From NCBI GenBank assembly GCA_963756875.1, contig CAVWPA010000003.1:160001-224000 (forward strand): 64,000 nucleotides of DNA, read 5' to 3'. Below, one piece after another: positions 1-10,289 of the stretch. Position 1 is the first letter of the stretch; each line of letters opens with the position of its first letter. The notes beneath the pieces were generated by a model. That model had not been told where the DNA came from. It saw nothing but the letters and a program-made list of their open reading frames with translations, and did not search any database. The translations under genes and the position numbers were made by a program. This DNA comes from an uncultured Verrucomicrobiae bacterium. GTDB lineage: Bacteria > Verrucomicrobiota > Verrucomicrobiia > Chthoniobacterales > UBA10450.

Positions 1-1028
1 GCCTTGAATTTTTCGGTCGAGATCGACGGAATGAAAACATTCGGATCGTACGCAGGCCACGAGGCCATCGCCAGAATGTCGCCGTTATTTGGATCGATAA
101 CGACGATCGCGCCGCGTTTCGCTTTGGCCTCCAGCGCTTTCTCGGCCAGTTCCTGAATGTGCAGATCGAGCGTGGTAACGATGTTATCACCGGGGATCGG
201 CGGGGTAATTAATTTGTCGGAGGTTTTCCGGCCATCTTTGTCAAAGGTCAGTTTGTATTCGCCATGCTTGCCTGTGAGCAATTCGTTAAACGTTTGCTCG
301 AGACCTTCCCGGCCTTCCGTTTCCGGCCAAAGCGTTTCGTGATTGTCGATGATGCCGTCAAGGTTGCGGCCGGTTTTTCCGGTGTAACCAATAATCTGCC
401 CGGCTACTTTGCCGTTGGGATAAACACGAATGTAGACGGGCCGCACTACCATTCCGTCTTTCGCGTGATCTTTGACTTCCTTGTATTCTTTCTCGCTGAG
501 GTTCTGTGCGATCTCGAGCGGCAGGATCCCGCGGTTCTGGTAATGCCGCAGAATGGCCGCATCGGAAATCTTTATGGAGCGGCCGAGTAATTTCGACGCG
601 CGCTCGATCTTCTCCCTGGCAAATTTAATCGCGTGCGCGTCGGAGAAATCGAGCGGCGTAGGAAAATTAATAGCCAGATTGTAGCTCAGCTTGTTTTGCG
701 CGAGCGGGACGCCGTTGCGATCGGTGATCTGGCCGCGCGGCGCGGGAATATCGAGAATATAAGTGCGCGCGAGCTTCTGCGTCTCAAAGGTCGGAACGAT
801 TGTCTCTTCTTCCGTGAACGGGCTCGAAGCCGGAGAGGGCGTCGGGGTAAGCTCCGGCACTGGCGTCGGCGTTCCGATCGTGGCCGGTGCCGGCGATTGA
901 GCGAGCAGCACCGCCGGAACCCAAAATGCCGACAATAAACAGGCAGGGACGGCTTTCCGAGCTCTCCCGTGAACTCGACGGATCCCGCGTTTACGGGAAA
1001 GAAACGTCCCTGCCTTGCCGATGTACAT
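1..1028 (-). CDS. mrdA: Penicillin-binding protein 2 family transpeptidase (3' end runs off the window)
   Basis: Manual translation of the minus strand from ATG 1028 gives IPAPRGQITDRNGVPLAQN (PBP dimerisation domain) and GDNIVTTLDLHIQELAEKAL...GAIVVIDPNNGDILAMASWPAYDPN. Absent from the ORF track because it is open at the edge. Start codon uncertain. Confidence 0.85.
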   Translation of the reverse strand, partial: MYIGKAGTFLSRKRGIRRVHGRARKAVPACLLSAFWVPAVLLAQSPAPATIGTPTPVPELTPTPSPASSPFTEEETIVPTFETQKLARTYILDIPAPRGQITDRNGVPLAQNKLSYNLAINFPTPLDFSDAHAIKFAREKIERASKLLGRSIKISDAAILRHYQNRGILPLEIAQNLSEKEYKEVKDHAKDGMVVRPVYIRVYPNGKVAGQIIGYTGKTGRNLDGIIDNHETLWPETEGREGLEQTFNELLTGKHGEYKLTFDKDGRKTSDKLITPPIPGDNIVTTLDLHIQELAEKALEAKAKRGAIVVIDPNNGDILAMASWPAYDPNVFIPSISTEKFK

Positions 1029-1047
1029 CTGCGGAATCTGCGGATAA

Positions 1048-2652
1048 CTAAGGCCGCTGCAAGAAGCGATGCACTTCTTCCGCCAGTTTGCGTCCAATCC
1101 CTTCCGTCGCAGCGATCTCGTCTACACTCGCCTTGCGCAGCCGATTCACGGAACCAAACCTGCGCAGTAGCAGACTCTTGCGGTTCTGACTCACGCCCGG
1201 ACAATCGTCGAGAATGCTTTCTTCGACACGTTTCTTAAGAAGTAATTGATGATAAGCGTTGGCGAAGCGATGGGCCTCATCGCGAATCCGCTGGAGTAAA
1301 TGAAGCGCACCGGAATCGGGCGGCAACTGCAACGGCAACGCGCGACCAGGCCGGTAGATCTCTTCATGCTCTTTCGCCAATCCGATGATTGGCAAATCGT
1401 GCAGGCCGAGTCGCTGCAACTCGCGGCAAGCCGAAGAAAGCTGACCCTTTCCACCGTCGACAATGATGAGGTCGGGAAGACGGACGTACGACTGCGGATT
1501 GCGGATTGCGGATCGCGGATTGTTCTCTTTTTCCAGTCGACGCGCCGTTTCGAGCGCGTTCTCCTGAGAATGCTCGGCTGCAAGATCAACATCTTCTCGA
1601 TCCGCACTCCGCACTCCGCACTCCCCAATTGTCAGCAACACCCGTGAATATCTTCGCCGCACAACTTCCGCCATGCTCGCAAAATCGTCCTGACCTGCAA
1701 CCGTACGGATCCGGTACCGCCGGTAACAATCTCTGTCCGGAATACCATCGCGAAAACAAACCATGGAGGCGACCACGTGCGTCGTGGAGATGTTCGAAAT
1801 ATCGAAACATTCCATCACTCGCGGCGGCTGTGGCAGCTGCAACGCATCCGCCAGCGCTTGCACATCGGCCATCGGATCGACCGCGCTCGGTAAACTGCTT
1901 CGCGTGAAGCGCCGCATTGGTTTCGTCGTCCGGCGCACGTCCTCGATCATGTCGCGCAGCTCGGCCGCTTTTTCGAAGTCCATTTTCTCGGCCGCTTTAT
2001 CCATTTGCTCTTTCAGCGCATCGATCATTTCCCGAGAGTGACCTTCAAGAAATTCACACGCTTGCCCGGCCCGCTGGCGATATTGCGCAGCCGTAATCTC
2101 GCTCAGGCGCATCGGCACCTGATACGTGGCTGATTTTAACTCCCGCTCGGTAGGCGCGCCGCGGCCGAATGTCAGCACGCCGAATTTTTTGCGCATGAGA
2201 TTGAGCGTTTGCCGAAGCGCACCGGCGTCCGCGTACGGCCCAAAATAACGGGCGTTGTCGTTTTTCTTAAAACGAGCGAGACGAAAACGCGGCCACTCCT
2301 CCGACATATCGACCTTGACCAGGAGGAACCGTTTATCATCGCGAAAGGAGATGTTGTAACGCGGCCGATATTCCTTGATCAATTTGCCTTCGAGCAAAAT
2401 CGATTCGGCCTCGCTGCGCACGACATGGGTCTCGAAATCCCACGTCGCAACGAGCATGGCGCGCGTTTTTAAATCGGCCTGCGCGATTTTCGACGGAAGA
2501 AAATAAGAACTGACCCGCTTCCGCAGATCGCGCGCTTTGCCGACATAAATCACCCGGTTGAACCGGTCGCGCATCAGGTACACACCCGGTTTGTGCGGCA
2601 CCTCTTGTACCTTCTTTTGCAGGTCCGGCTTCTCTTTTCTCGGCACACTCAT
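1048..2652 (-). CDS. uvrC: Excinuclease ABC subunit C
   Basis: GIY-YIG start (PGVYLM...IYVGKARDLRKRV), ECFDISN, DDFASM, PDLIIVDGGKGQL, RDEAHRFA, C-terminal HhH. Confidence 0.97.
   Translation of the reverse strand: MSVPRKEKPDLQKKVQEVPHKPGVYLMRDRFNRVIYVGKARDLRKRVSSYFLPSKIAQADLKTRAMLVATWDFETHVVRSEAESILLEGKLIKEYRPRYNISFRDDKRFLLVKVDMSEEWPRFRLARFKKNDNARYFGPYADAGALRQTLNLMRKKFGVLTFGRGAPTERELKSATYQVPMRLSEITAAQYRQRAGQACEFLEGHSREMIDALKEQMDKAAEKMDFEKAAELRDMIEDVRRTTKPMRRFTRSSLPSAVDPMADVQALADALQLPQPPRVMECFDISNISTTHVVASMVCFRDGIPDRDCYRRYRIRTVAGQDDFASMAEVVRRRYSRVLLTIGECGVRSADREDVDLAAEHSQENALETARRLEKENNPRSAIRNPQSYVRLPDLIIVDGGKGQLSSACRELQRLGLHDLPIIGLAKEHEEIYRPGRALPLQLPPDSGALHLLQRIRDEAHRFANAYHQLLLKKRVEESILDDCPGVSQNRKSLLLRRFGSVNRLRKASVDEIAATEGIGRKLAEEVHRFLQRP
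1493..1626. repeat. Inverted pair of heptamer tandem arrays inside uvrC
   Basis: (T/C)GCGGAT x4 at 1493-1520 and TCCGCAC x3 from 1601. Confidence 0.85.
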
Positions 2653-2864
2653 CTGGTTCCGTTCTTAATCTTGCTCGTAATCGTAATCGAAATGCACGCG
2701 ACTGAAAAATGCCTTCGCGAAATCGGAACGTAGACCTTTGGTCTGTGCGCTCAGCGAAGATGTTCCCTGCTGACAAGGCAAGCCAGCGGGTTGCAAACTC
2801 GCTGGGCGCACAGATCGCAAGAACTGATGGGGCGAGACTCCGTCGAGCCGACGAATGCGCTCGC

Positions 2865-3938
2865 TCACGCGACACGGCGTCGCGGCAGCGCGGATTGCAC
2901 CATCATCAGCTCGCTTACATGCTCGGGCGTGAGCAAACCGACCAACTTTTTCATGTTGTCCAGGACCGGCACGGCCGGGCAATTGCACTCCTGCATGATG
3001 CGGAACGCTTCTTCAAACCGCGTCCCGGTCGTCACCGTCGGAATATCGCGCCGCATCACGTCGCCGACGCGAACACTTGGATCGCCTTTCCGCAACGCGC
3101 CGATGAGATCGTGGCGAGTGAGCACGCCGGCAACGTCTCCTTTGTCATCCACTACGGGGAAATCGTGCTGTGAGGTAGCAAGCAGAACGTCCACAGCTTC
3201 CTGCAGTGTTGCGTTCACGGGAAGCGTGTGGAATTCGCGCACCATTGCGCTCGAGACCGGGAACCGGCGCGACATATCCCTCATTTGAGCGAGCGTCGCC
3301 TCCTGAGATGCACCGATATAAACGAAAAACGCGATGAAAATGAGGAACGGATTCCAAAGAAGCCCGATGAAGCCGAACAGGAACGCAAAAGCCTGCCCGA
3401 CGCTCGCCGCGACCTGCGTGGCGCGAGCATAACGCATTCGTGTCGCCAGAAGCGCGCGCAAGACGCGACCGCCGTCCATTGGAAAGGCCGGCAGCAGATT
3501 AAAAAGAAGCAGGATCACGTTCATGGTGAAGAGCACATCGAGGATGCCGGCTTGCATTGTGGTCGGATACGCCCACCGACCGCCTGCGATGAACGCAACG
3601 AGCGCAATGAGTGCGGTTACCGCCGGTCCCGCAGCGGCGATAATCAGTTCCTGCACCGGCTCTTCCGGAATTCGTTCCAAACGCGCCACGCCGCCTATTG
3701 GCAGCAACGTGATGTCCGGCGTGTTGATGCCAAAGGCTTTTCCCGCAAAGGCGTGTCCAAACTCATGCAACACGACACACGCGAACAGGAGGAGGATGAA
3801 CAACACTCCGCCGACCGCAGCCGGAGATCCCCCATGGGCATAGTAAACAAAGGCAACCCAGCCGACGAGAAGCAGAAACGTAAGATGCATCCGCAACTGG
3901 ATCCCTGCGATGCGGAAAATGGGGACCGACCAGCTCAT
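2865..3938 (-). CDS. Site-2 protease (M50) family zinc metalloprotease with C-terminal CBS pair
   Basis: HEFGH, FNLLPAFPMDGGR, CBS-like FPVVD...GVLTRHDL. Start reassigned to MSWSVPIFRIAG (ATG 3938). Confidence 0.93.
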   Translation of the reverse strand: MSWSVPIFRIAGIQLRMHLTFLLLVGWVAFVYYAHGGSPAAVGGVLFILLLFACVVLHEFGHAFAGKAFGINTPDITLLPIGGVARLERIPEEPVQELIIAAAGPAVTALIALVAFIAGGRWAYPTTMQAGILDVLFTMNVILLLFNLLPAFPMDGGRVLRALLATRMRYARATQVAASVGQAFAFLFGFIGLLWNPFLIFIAFFVYIGASQEATLAQMRDMSRRFPVSSAMVREFHTLPVNATLQEAVDVLLATSQHDFPVVDDKGDVAGVLTRHDLIGALRKGDPSVRVGDVMRRDIPTVTTGTRFEEAFRIMQECNCPAVPVLDNMKKLVGLLTPEHVSELMMVQSALPRRRVA

Positions 3939-4006
3939 ATAGATAAAGCAATCTCTCCTGCTTTTGAATCGCGCGCCAGTGCTACCAGCGCCTCCATGAA
4001 TAATAA

Positions 4007-4035
4007 GAGATTTCTCGACTTCGCTCGGAACGACA
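4007..4035 (-). repeat. Repeat family B (TGTCATTCYGAGCGRAGCGARGAATCTC-like)
   Basis: Reverse complement resembles the copies at 16191-16218, 27515-27542 and 35045. Confidence 0.7.
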
Positions 4036-4052
4036 ACCCAGAGTGAAGCAAA

Positions 4053-5129
4053 ATGGAAGTCTTCGATGTGGCGATCGTGGGCGGCGGACCGGCCGGATCG
4101 ACCTGCGCGGCGCTCTGTTCTGCGGCGGGATTGCGAACGCTTATCCTGGAGCGCGAGAAATTTCCGCGCGAAAAAGTCTGTGGCGATTGCCTGAACCCGG
4201 CCTGCTGGCCGGTGTTGCGCCGGCTTGGAATCGACGAAGGGGTCCGAAATTTGCCGCATGGAAAGCTCGAAGCTGTCGAGTTCATCACGATTGGAGGCCG
4301 AAAAACGCGCGTCGCGCTGCCACGCGGCGACCAGGCTGAAATCGCCGTCAAACGGAGCCTGCTCGACAATCTCCTGCTGGTTCGCGCACGAGAACTCGGC
4401 GCTGAGGTTCACGAGGAATCGACTGTCACGGCGCTGACAGGAACGACTTCGCGAAACTGGAAGATTGATGTCGTCACTCAGCAATTCGGTGCCCGTTTCC
4501 TCATTGCTGCGGACGGCCGAAATTCGACCGTTGCTCGACTTTGCAATCTGCTGCCGCGTCCACAACGCGAACGAGTGGCACTCCAGGCGCACGTTCCGTT
4601 GCCGCGAGACTTTGGGAATCGCGTCGTCTTACAACTCCTTCCCGAGGGCTATTCAGGTCAGGCGCCGGTCAATAAAAACGAACTCAATCTTTGTTTGGTC
4701 GGAAAGCCTCCGACTATTTCTTCATTGCGAAAATGGGCGGAGCGCAATTTCGACATCGCACCTGGTCAACCGTGGCGCACCATTACGCCGCTCACGCGAT
4801 CGCCAGTACACGGCGCGCACAGGAACCTTCTTTTTATTGGAGATGCCGCGCGTGTGGTCGAGCCGTTCACGGGGGAAGGAATTTATTATGCTCTGCGCTC
4901 GGCTGAGCTTGCGGCGGAAGCAGCGGTAAAAATCGTTCGCGGAGAAAATTTCGAAGCCGCCCTGGGGCAGTTCGCGCGCGCTTACACGGCGATGTACCGC
5001 GGAAGATTATGGATCAATCGCCTGGCGCGCGCGGCGGTTGTGTCGCCAACCCTTGGATCCGCCTTTCTCCAGATGGCACGGGTTCAACCTGCGATCTTGC
5101 GATTACTGACCCGGCAAATCACGGGTTAG
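4053..5129 (+). CDS. NAD(P)/FAD-dependent oxidoreductase (geranylgeranyl reductase-like)
   Basis: [38 protein letters not shown]. Confidence 0.9.
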   Translation: MEVFDVAIVGGGPAGSTCAALCSAAGLRTLILEREKFPREKVCGDCLNPACWPVLRRLGIDEGVRNLPHGKLEAVEFITIGGRKTRVALPRGDQAEIAVKRSLLDNLLLVRARELGAEVHEESTVTALTGTTSRNWKIDVVTQQFGARFLIAADGRNSTVARLCNLLPRPQRERVALQAHVPLPRDFGNRVVLQLLPEGYSGQAPVNKNELNLCLVGKPPTISSLRKWAERNFDIAPGQPWRTITPLTRSPVHGAHRNLLFIGDAARVVEPFTGEGIYYALRSAELAAEAAVKIVRGENFEAALGQFARAYTAMYRGRLWINRLARAAVVSPTLGSAFLQMARVQPAILRLLTRQITG

Positions 5130-6009
5130 CGTTCGCCAATTGCCGGCATGCCTTGACCGTGTTCGACATCAACATCGCGATGGTCATCGGTCCAACGCCG
5201 CCCGGCACCGGCGTGATCGCCGCGGCCTTCTTCGAGACTTCGTCAAAGGCGACGTCGCCGACGAGCCGGTAGCCGCGCTCTCTGGTTGCATCTTCCACGC
5301 GATTGATCCCGACATCCACAACGACCGCGCCGTCGCGAACGTGGACGGCCTTCACAAATTCGGCGCGTCCAATCGCCGCAACCAAAATATCGGCGGAACG
5401 CGTGATCTCCTCGAGATTCTTGCTGCGTGAATGCGCCACCGTGACCGTCGCATCGCCCCCCTTCGCTTTTTGCATGAACAAAAGCGCGAGCGGTTTTCCG
5501 ACAATCATGCTTCGCCCCAAGATCACGATATGCGCGCCGGCGATGTCGATCTTGCTCTCAATCAATAACCGCTGCACGCCAAGTGGAGTGCACGGCACGA
5601 AGCCGGTTGGATCGCCCATGGCGAGCTTTGCGACGTTCAAGGGATGAAATCCGTCGACGTCTTTGCGAGGATCGAGCGCGCGCACAATGGCCGCTTCATC
5701 GATATGCGCTGGCGGCGGCGACTGGACCAGGATGCCGTGGATCTTGGGATCGCGATTGAGTTCTTCAACGCGCGCAAGCAACTCCTGCTGCCCGGTCGCA
5801 GCCGGCAGCTCCAGCTTCAGAGAATACAAGCCCAGTTCACGGCTTATTTTGTCTTTCGATCGAACGTACGCGCGCGACGCCGGATTATCGCCAACGAGGA
5901 CGACGGCAAGTCCGGGTGTTTCTCCCCGCGATTTTAACTCTGCGATTTCGCTACGAAGATCGACATAAACCTTCTCAGCAATCGCACGGCCGTCGATCAG
6001 GTTTGGCAT
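5119..6009 (-). CDS. folD: Methylenetetrahydrofolate dehydrogenase/cyclohydrolase
   Basis: [37 protein letters not shown]. Confidence 0.98.
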   Translation of the reverse strand: MPNLIDGRAIAEKVYVDLRSEIAELKSRGETPGLAVVLVGDNPASRAYVRSKDKISRELGLYSLKLELPAATGQQELLARVEELNRDPKIHGILVQSPPPAHIDEAAIVRALDPRKDVDGFHPLNVAKLAMGDPTGFVPCTPLGVQRLLIESKIDIAGAHIVILGRSMIVGKPLALLFMQKAKGGDATVTVAHSRSKNLEEITRSADILVAAIGRAEFVKAVHVRDGAVVVDVGINRVEDATRERGYRLVGDVAFDEVSKKAAAITPVPGGVGPMTIAMLMSNTVKACRQLANANP

Positions 6010-6027
6010 GGCGTGAGTTTAAATGGC

Positions 6028-6672
6028 TCAGCGCCGTTCAACCAGTGACATCATGGCGTTTTGTAAACGCAGACGCTCGGCCTCGAATTCTTCGGGTGTG
6101 CTGGCCGGTCGCACCTGGTGTGGCGGCCCGATGATGAAGCGCACTTTCGAAAATGGACGGGGCAGGATAAATCGGTCCCAGCTCTTCACCCGCCAGCAGG
6201 ATGAAAATTCCAGATTCACCGGTACGACGGCGGCGCCCGATTTCTGCGCAAGAAAAATAATGCCGGGGCCAAGCTCATAGGCCGGACCGCGCGGACCGTC
6301 CGGTGTGATCAAAATATCGCGGCCTGACGCCAGAACATTGGTGAGTTCGAGGAGGGCGCTTGCGCCCATTCGCGAACTGGAGCCGCGCACCACATTGAAA
6401 CCGAAGCGCTGCGTTGCATCCGCGATCAAATCGCCGTCGCGGCTTGCGCTAATGAGACCGGCGCCCGGCCGCTGTGGGAGAAATTTTTTCAGGGCGTAGG
6501 AGATCAGCAAAAGCCGGTTGTGCCAAAGCGCGGCGATATAATTCTCCCGGACCGGCTTGCCAAGCACGTCCGCGCGATCGTCGATTTCGTAGCGGAGCGT
6601 GCGCACCCAGACCTGGAGCAGACGGAATCCGAATGCGACCAACCATCGCGCGCGCCAGCCTTCGATTTTCAA
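6028..6672 (-). CDS. DUF374 / lysophospholipid acyltransferase family protein
   Basis: LWHNR, ISASRDG, VRGSSSR, ITPDGPRGP, SWDRFILP. Confidence 0.88.
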   Translation of the reverse strand: MKIEGWRARWLVAFGFRLLQVWVRTLRYEIDDRADVLGKPVRENYIAALWHNRLLLISYALKKFLPQRPGAGLISASRDGDLIADATQRFGFNVVRGSSSRMGASALLELTNVLASGRDILITPDGPRGPAYELGPGIIFLAQKSGAAVVPVNLEFSSCWRVKSWDRFILPRPFSKVRFIIGPPHQVRPASTPEEFEAERLRLQNAMMSLVERR

Positions 6673-7268
6673 CTTCTCGGGGACTTGGCGGTTTTCCCTT
6701 GCTCACCCCTGCGAGCCTTGCCCTCCGCAGACCAGCGATACGCACGCGGATTGGGCAGGCCAAGTTGATCTAGAATCCGCCAGACGACCGTATCGACGAC
6801 GGCCTCAACGGATTTTGGGCGGCTGTAAAACGACGGGATCGCCGGCAGAACAACCGCGCCCGCCTCAAGAAGCGTCACCACGTTGCGCGCATGAATCAGA
6901 TTCCACGGTGTCTCGCGCGGCACCAAAATCAGCTTGCGGCGTTCCTTGAGGAAAACATCCGCCGCGCGCAAAAGCGCAGTGTCGCTCGAGCCGGAAGCGA
7001 TTCGACCGATCGTCGCCATCGAACACGGAACGACGACCATTGCGTCAAAGCGGGCCGAGCCGCTCACGAACGGGACGTTCAGATCGTTCTCTGCGTGTTG
7101 TGTAATCGATTTCGGGATTTTGAGCGCATCCAGCTCCTCTTTCGCAACCTGTCTCGCATGGCCGCTCATTACGAGATGGACTTCATGCGCGGCGCAATCG
7201 ATCTGCTCGAGTAATCGTTGCAAATAAATCGTGCCGCTGGCGCCGGTGGCCGCGATGACAAGCTTCAT
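6669..7268 (-). CDS. ubiX: Flavin prenyltransferase UbiX
   Basis: ATGASG, SGS, PCSMATIG, RAADVFLKERR, RETP, PSFY. Start MKLVIAA. Confidence 0.96.
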   Translation of the reverse strand: MKLVIAATGASGTIYLQRLLEQIDCAAHEVHLVMSGHARQVAKEELDALKIPKSITQHAENDLNVPFVSGSARFDAMVVVPCSMATIGRIASGSSDTALLRAADVFLKERRKLILVPRETPWNLIHARNVVTLLEAGAVVLPAIPSFYSRPKSVEAVVDTVVWRILDQLGLPNPRAYRWSAEGKARRGEQGKTAKSPRS

Positions 7269-7307
7269 CTGGGCTAAAGAACTACAACCCTTCGCACGGC
7301 TCGACAA

Positions 7308-8807
7308 TCAGAGATAACCGCCGGTTGCCAGTTTTCGCGTCAGATCGGCCTGTCGCGCCTGCAATTCAGCATAGAGGTCCCGGGCTTCCTTCTTTGGTTC
7401 AGCGCGAGTTTTCTTATCGATCTTGACGGCGTCGCGCACGAGCTCATCGAGCGCGATTGGTTTTCCTTTCACATGACAATAAGTCCACGCCGCCTGCATT
7501 GCCGCGCCGAGCGCAGCGCCTTCAGGAACCTTTAGCGCCACAACAGGACAACCGAAAGCATCGGCCACAATCTGCCGCCAGACGGCGCTCTTGCTTCCGC
7601 CACCCGTCAACCGCAGCTCTTTGGGCACGATCCCAAGATCAACGATCCGTTTCAGTCCGCGTGAGAGACCCATCGTAATGCCTTCAACAATGGCGCGGGC
7701 GATCTCCGGCGCGTTCATGTTTTCCAAATTCAAACCGTGCAACACGCCGGTGCCGCGGGGCAAATTCGGCAGGCGTTCGCCCTGCAGATAAGGCAGAAAA
7801 AGCAGACCGCGCGCGCCCGGTGGAACAGTGGCAACACTTTTTTCCAACTTCGCAGCGTCCCATTGAAACAATTCCATGATCTGCTGAACCGCGATCGCGA
7901 CATTCATCGTGCAGGCGAGCGAGAGCCAGTGGTCGGTGCTGTCGCAGAAAGCCGCCAGCTCTCCTTTCGGATCGATAACCGGCTTTTCAGCGAATGCGTA
8001 AACAGTTCCGGAAGTGCCAAGGCTGACCGTAACCGTGTTTGGTTTGATATTTCCGGTGCCAATCGCGCCGAGCATGTTGTCGCCGCCGCCCGCGCTCACC
8101 AGTACGTCTCCACGCAATCCCCATTCCTTGGCATGAACGGATCGAAGCAAGCCAGCGGGTCCGGCAGAAGAGCGCAGCGGTGGAAATTTCGAGTCGAGAT
8201 CTTTGTCGATGAATTCGAAAAGCGGCCGGTACCAGGTCCGAGTCCGCACATCCATCAGGCCGGTGCCGGAAGCGTCGCTGTATTCCATCTGGCGCTCGCC
8301 CGTCAGCCAGAAATTGATGTAATCGTGTGGCAGTAACACCGTCCGGATGCGCCGGAAATTTTGCGGCTCGTTCTCTTTGAGCCATAAAAGCTTCGGCGCG
8401 GTGTAACCGGGAAACATCGCATTGCCGGTGCGCTCGATCAGTTCATCAACACTGCCGAACGCCTTGTTGAGCTTTTCCGATTGTGCGGCTGCCGAGGTGT
8501 CGCACCAAAGTTTGGCGGGGCGGATCGGCTGGTTCCTCGCATCGAGGGTAACCAGACCATGCTGTTGCGCGGAGACACCGATAGCAACGATGTGGGCGAT
8601 GCGCTTACCGATTCTGGACAGGCATTCGCGAATCGTCGCACCCGTTGCATCGATCCAGGTCTGCGGCGATTGTTCGACCTGGCCGCGCGGCAAGCCCGAA
8701 ATGGTCTCATAAGTTTGCTGCGCCAGCGCGACAACCTTGCCCGATTCCATATCGAGAACGAGGGCTCTCGTGCTCTTGGTGCCGCTATCGATTCCGAGAC
8801 AAAGCAT
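7308..8807 (-). CDS. xylB: Xylulokinase (FGGY family)
   Basis: LGIDSGT, PAKLWCD, YTAPKLLWL, SDASGTG, GGGDN, SLGTSGT, GGGSKS. Confidence 0.92.
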   Translation of the reverse strand: MLCLGIDSGTKSTRALVLDMESGKVVALAQQTYETISGLPRGQVEQSPQTWIDATGATIRECLSRIGKRIAHIVAIGVSAQQHGLVTLDARNQPIRPAKLWCDTSAAAQSEKLNKAFGSVDELIERTGNAMFPGYTAPKLLWLKENEPQNFRRIRTVLLPHDYINFWLTGERQMEYSDASGTGLMDVRTRTWYRPLFEFIDKDLDSKFPPLRSSAGPAGLLRSVHAKEWGLRGDVLVSAGGGDNMLGAIGTGNIKPNTVTVSLGTSGTVYAFAEKPVIDPKGELAAFCDSTDHWLSLACTMNVAIAVQQIMELFQWDAAKLEKSVATVPPGARGLLFLPYLQGERLPNLPRGTGVLHGLNLENMNAPEIARAIVEGITMGLSRGLKRIVDLGIVPKELRLTGGGSKSAVWRQIVADAFGCPVVALKVPEGAALGAAMQAAWTYCHVKGKPIALDELVRDAVKIDKKTRAEPKKEARDLYAELQARQADLTRKLATGGYL

Positions 8808-8864
8808 AATTATTTCGCGCGCGGAGTTTGAATTTGATCGCGGGCGGGGGCAATAAGATATGCC

Positions 8865-9248
8865 ATGATCAAAAAACTTTTACACACGCGCTACCGGGTA
8901 AAGGATCTGGAAAAGACAGTCGCGTTCTACAGAGATGTCCTTGGTTTAAGGGAAGTTCGCCGGCACACGTCGGGACGGGGATCGCAGCTGGTTTTTTTGA
9001 AAGCTCCGGAGAGCCAGGAGGAAATAGAACTTTGTAAATACGATCCGAGCGGGCCGGTCGTGGTGGGGCCCGATCTGACGCATCTTGCTTTCGAGGTGGA
9101 CGATCTGGACCGGTTCGCGCGTGAAGCGGCGGCGAAAGGCCATCCGCTCTCGGATGGACCGCATGAGTCAGCAGGAGGCAGCAGGATCGCTTTCATCGAC
9201 GCTCCTGAAGGTTACGAGGTCGAGTTGATCCAGCCCGCGAAATCGTAA
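8865..9248 (+). CDS. VOC/glyoxalase family protein
   Basis: LLHTRYRVKDL, HLAFEVDDL, FIDAPEGYEVELI. Confidence 0.9.
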   Translation: MIKKLLHTRYRVKDLEKTVAFYRDVLGLREVRRHTSGRGSQLVFLKAPESQEEIELCKYDPSGPVVVGPDLTHLAFEVDDLDRFAREAAAKGHPLSDGPHESAGGSRIAFIDAPEGYEVELIQPAKS

Positions 9249-9314
9249 CGGCCGCGTCTGTATGATGATGATCCACTTGCGCGCTGCAGGTCTTTGTCGC
9301 TAATTGGCCGGCCC

Positions 9315-10289
9315 ATGAAGCGCAGTTCTGCTCTGGTTGTTGTTGTTGTCTGTGCATTAACTCTGGCGTTCTGCTGCGCCGCCACGGCGCAGATCTATGA
9401 TCAAGACGCAAACGGCGTCCGGCCAACCGGTGTACCTAATCGGCCCGTCTTGACGCAATCGCCTTCGGTTTTGATCCCCGCTCGATCAAAGGTCAAGACG
9501 ACCAGAAGAAAAACCTCGACGCCCGCGCCCGCGGAAATTCCCGACAGAGCGCCATCAACCAACGCGAGATCGGTCATCGTCGTGGATGCCAAGAGCGGCG
9601 AAGTCTTATATCAAAAGAATGCGGACGAGCCCCGCGCGCCCGCCAGCACGGAAAAACTACTGACCGCGCTGATCGTTGCCGAGCACGGCTACCTGAACGA
9701 ACCGGTGCGCGTCGAACATGTCGACACGCTGGCGGAGCCGGTGAAGTTGAATATCAGGCCGGGCGAAGTTTATCGGCGCATCGATCTGCTGCGCGCGCTG
9801 CTGGTAAAAAGTCCAAATGATGTGGCGCGTTGTCTGGCGCGCGATAACGCGGGCAGCATCGAGGTTTTTGCGGAATTCATGAACCAGCGGGCCCGGGAAC
9901 TCGGCGCGACCCATTCCCATTTTGTGAATCCAAACGGCCTGCCTATCCCGGGCCAATATTCAACCGCGCGCGATCTGTCGACCATTGCCCGAGCCGCGTA
10001 CGCGAATCCGACCATTCGCTCAATTGTTTGCCTTCCGGAGATCGTCTTTCGTTATGCCAATGGGCGTACCCGAACTCTTGAAAACACGAACAAAGTTCTC
10101 AGGCGGCTCCCGTATTGCAATGGAATGAAAACCGGTTACACCGAAGCCGCGGGACATTGCCTGATCGCAAGCGGCTCGCGTCCGGGCCGCGACATCATTG
10201 TGGTCGTTTTGGGAGACAGCAAAGCGCATGTTTGGCGAGATGCTTCGGCGTTGCTTTCCTGGGCCCTCTGGAGCGCATCAGCCGGATGA
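9315..10289 (+). CDS. D-alanyl-D-alanine carboxypeptidase (peptidase S11)
   Basis: Signal peptide, then PASTEK (SxxK), SPN, HFVNPNGL and KTG. Confidence 0.92.
   Translation: MKRSSALVVVVVCALTLAFCCAATAQIYDQDANGVRPTGVPNRPVLTQSPSVLIPARSKVKTTRRKTSTPAPAEIPDRAPSTNARSVIVVDAKSGEVLYQKNADEPRAPASTEKLLTALIVAEHGYLNEPVRVEHVDTLAEPVKLNIRPGEVYRRIDLLRALLVKSPNDVARCLARDNAGSIEVFAEFMNQRARELGATHSHFVNPNGLPIPGQYSTARDLSTIARAAYANPTIRSIVCLPEIVFRYANGRTRTLENTNKVLRRLPYCNGMKTGYTEAAGHCLIASGSRPGRDIIVVVLGDSKAHVWRDASALLSWALWSASAG

Noticed and set aside
2665..2988. 107-aa ORF ending DYDYEQD
   Set aside because: Overlaps the M50 protease in another frame. The tail comes from a short AATCGT-type repeat, and there is no recognisable domain.
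3939..4592. N-terminal extension of the 575-aa M50 ORF
   Set aside because: Antisense to the FAD oxidoreductase and runs through a repeat. The family N-terminus begins at MSWSVPIF.
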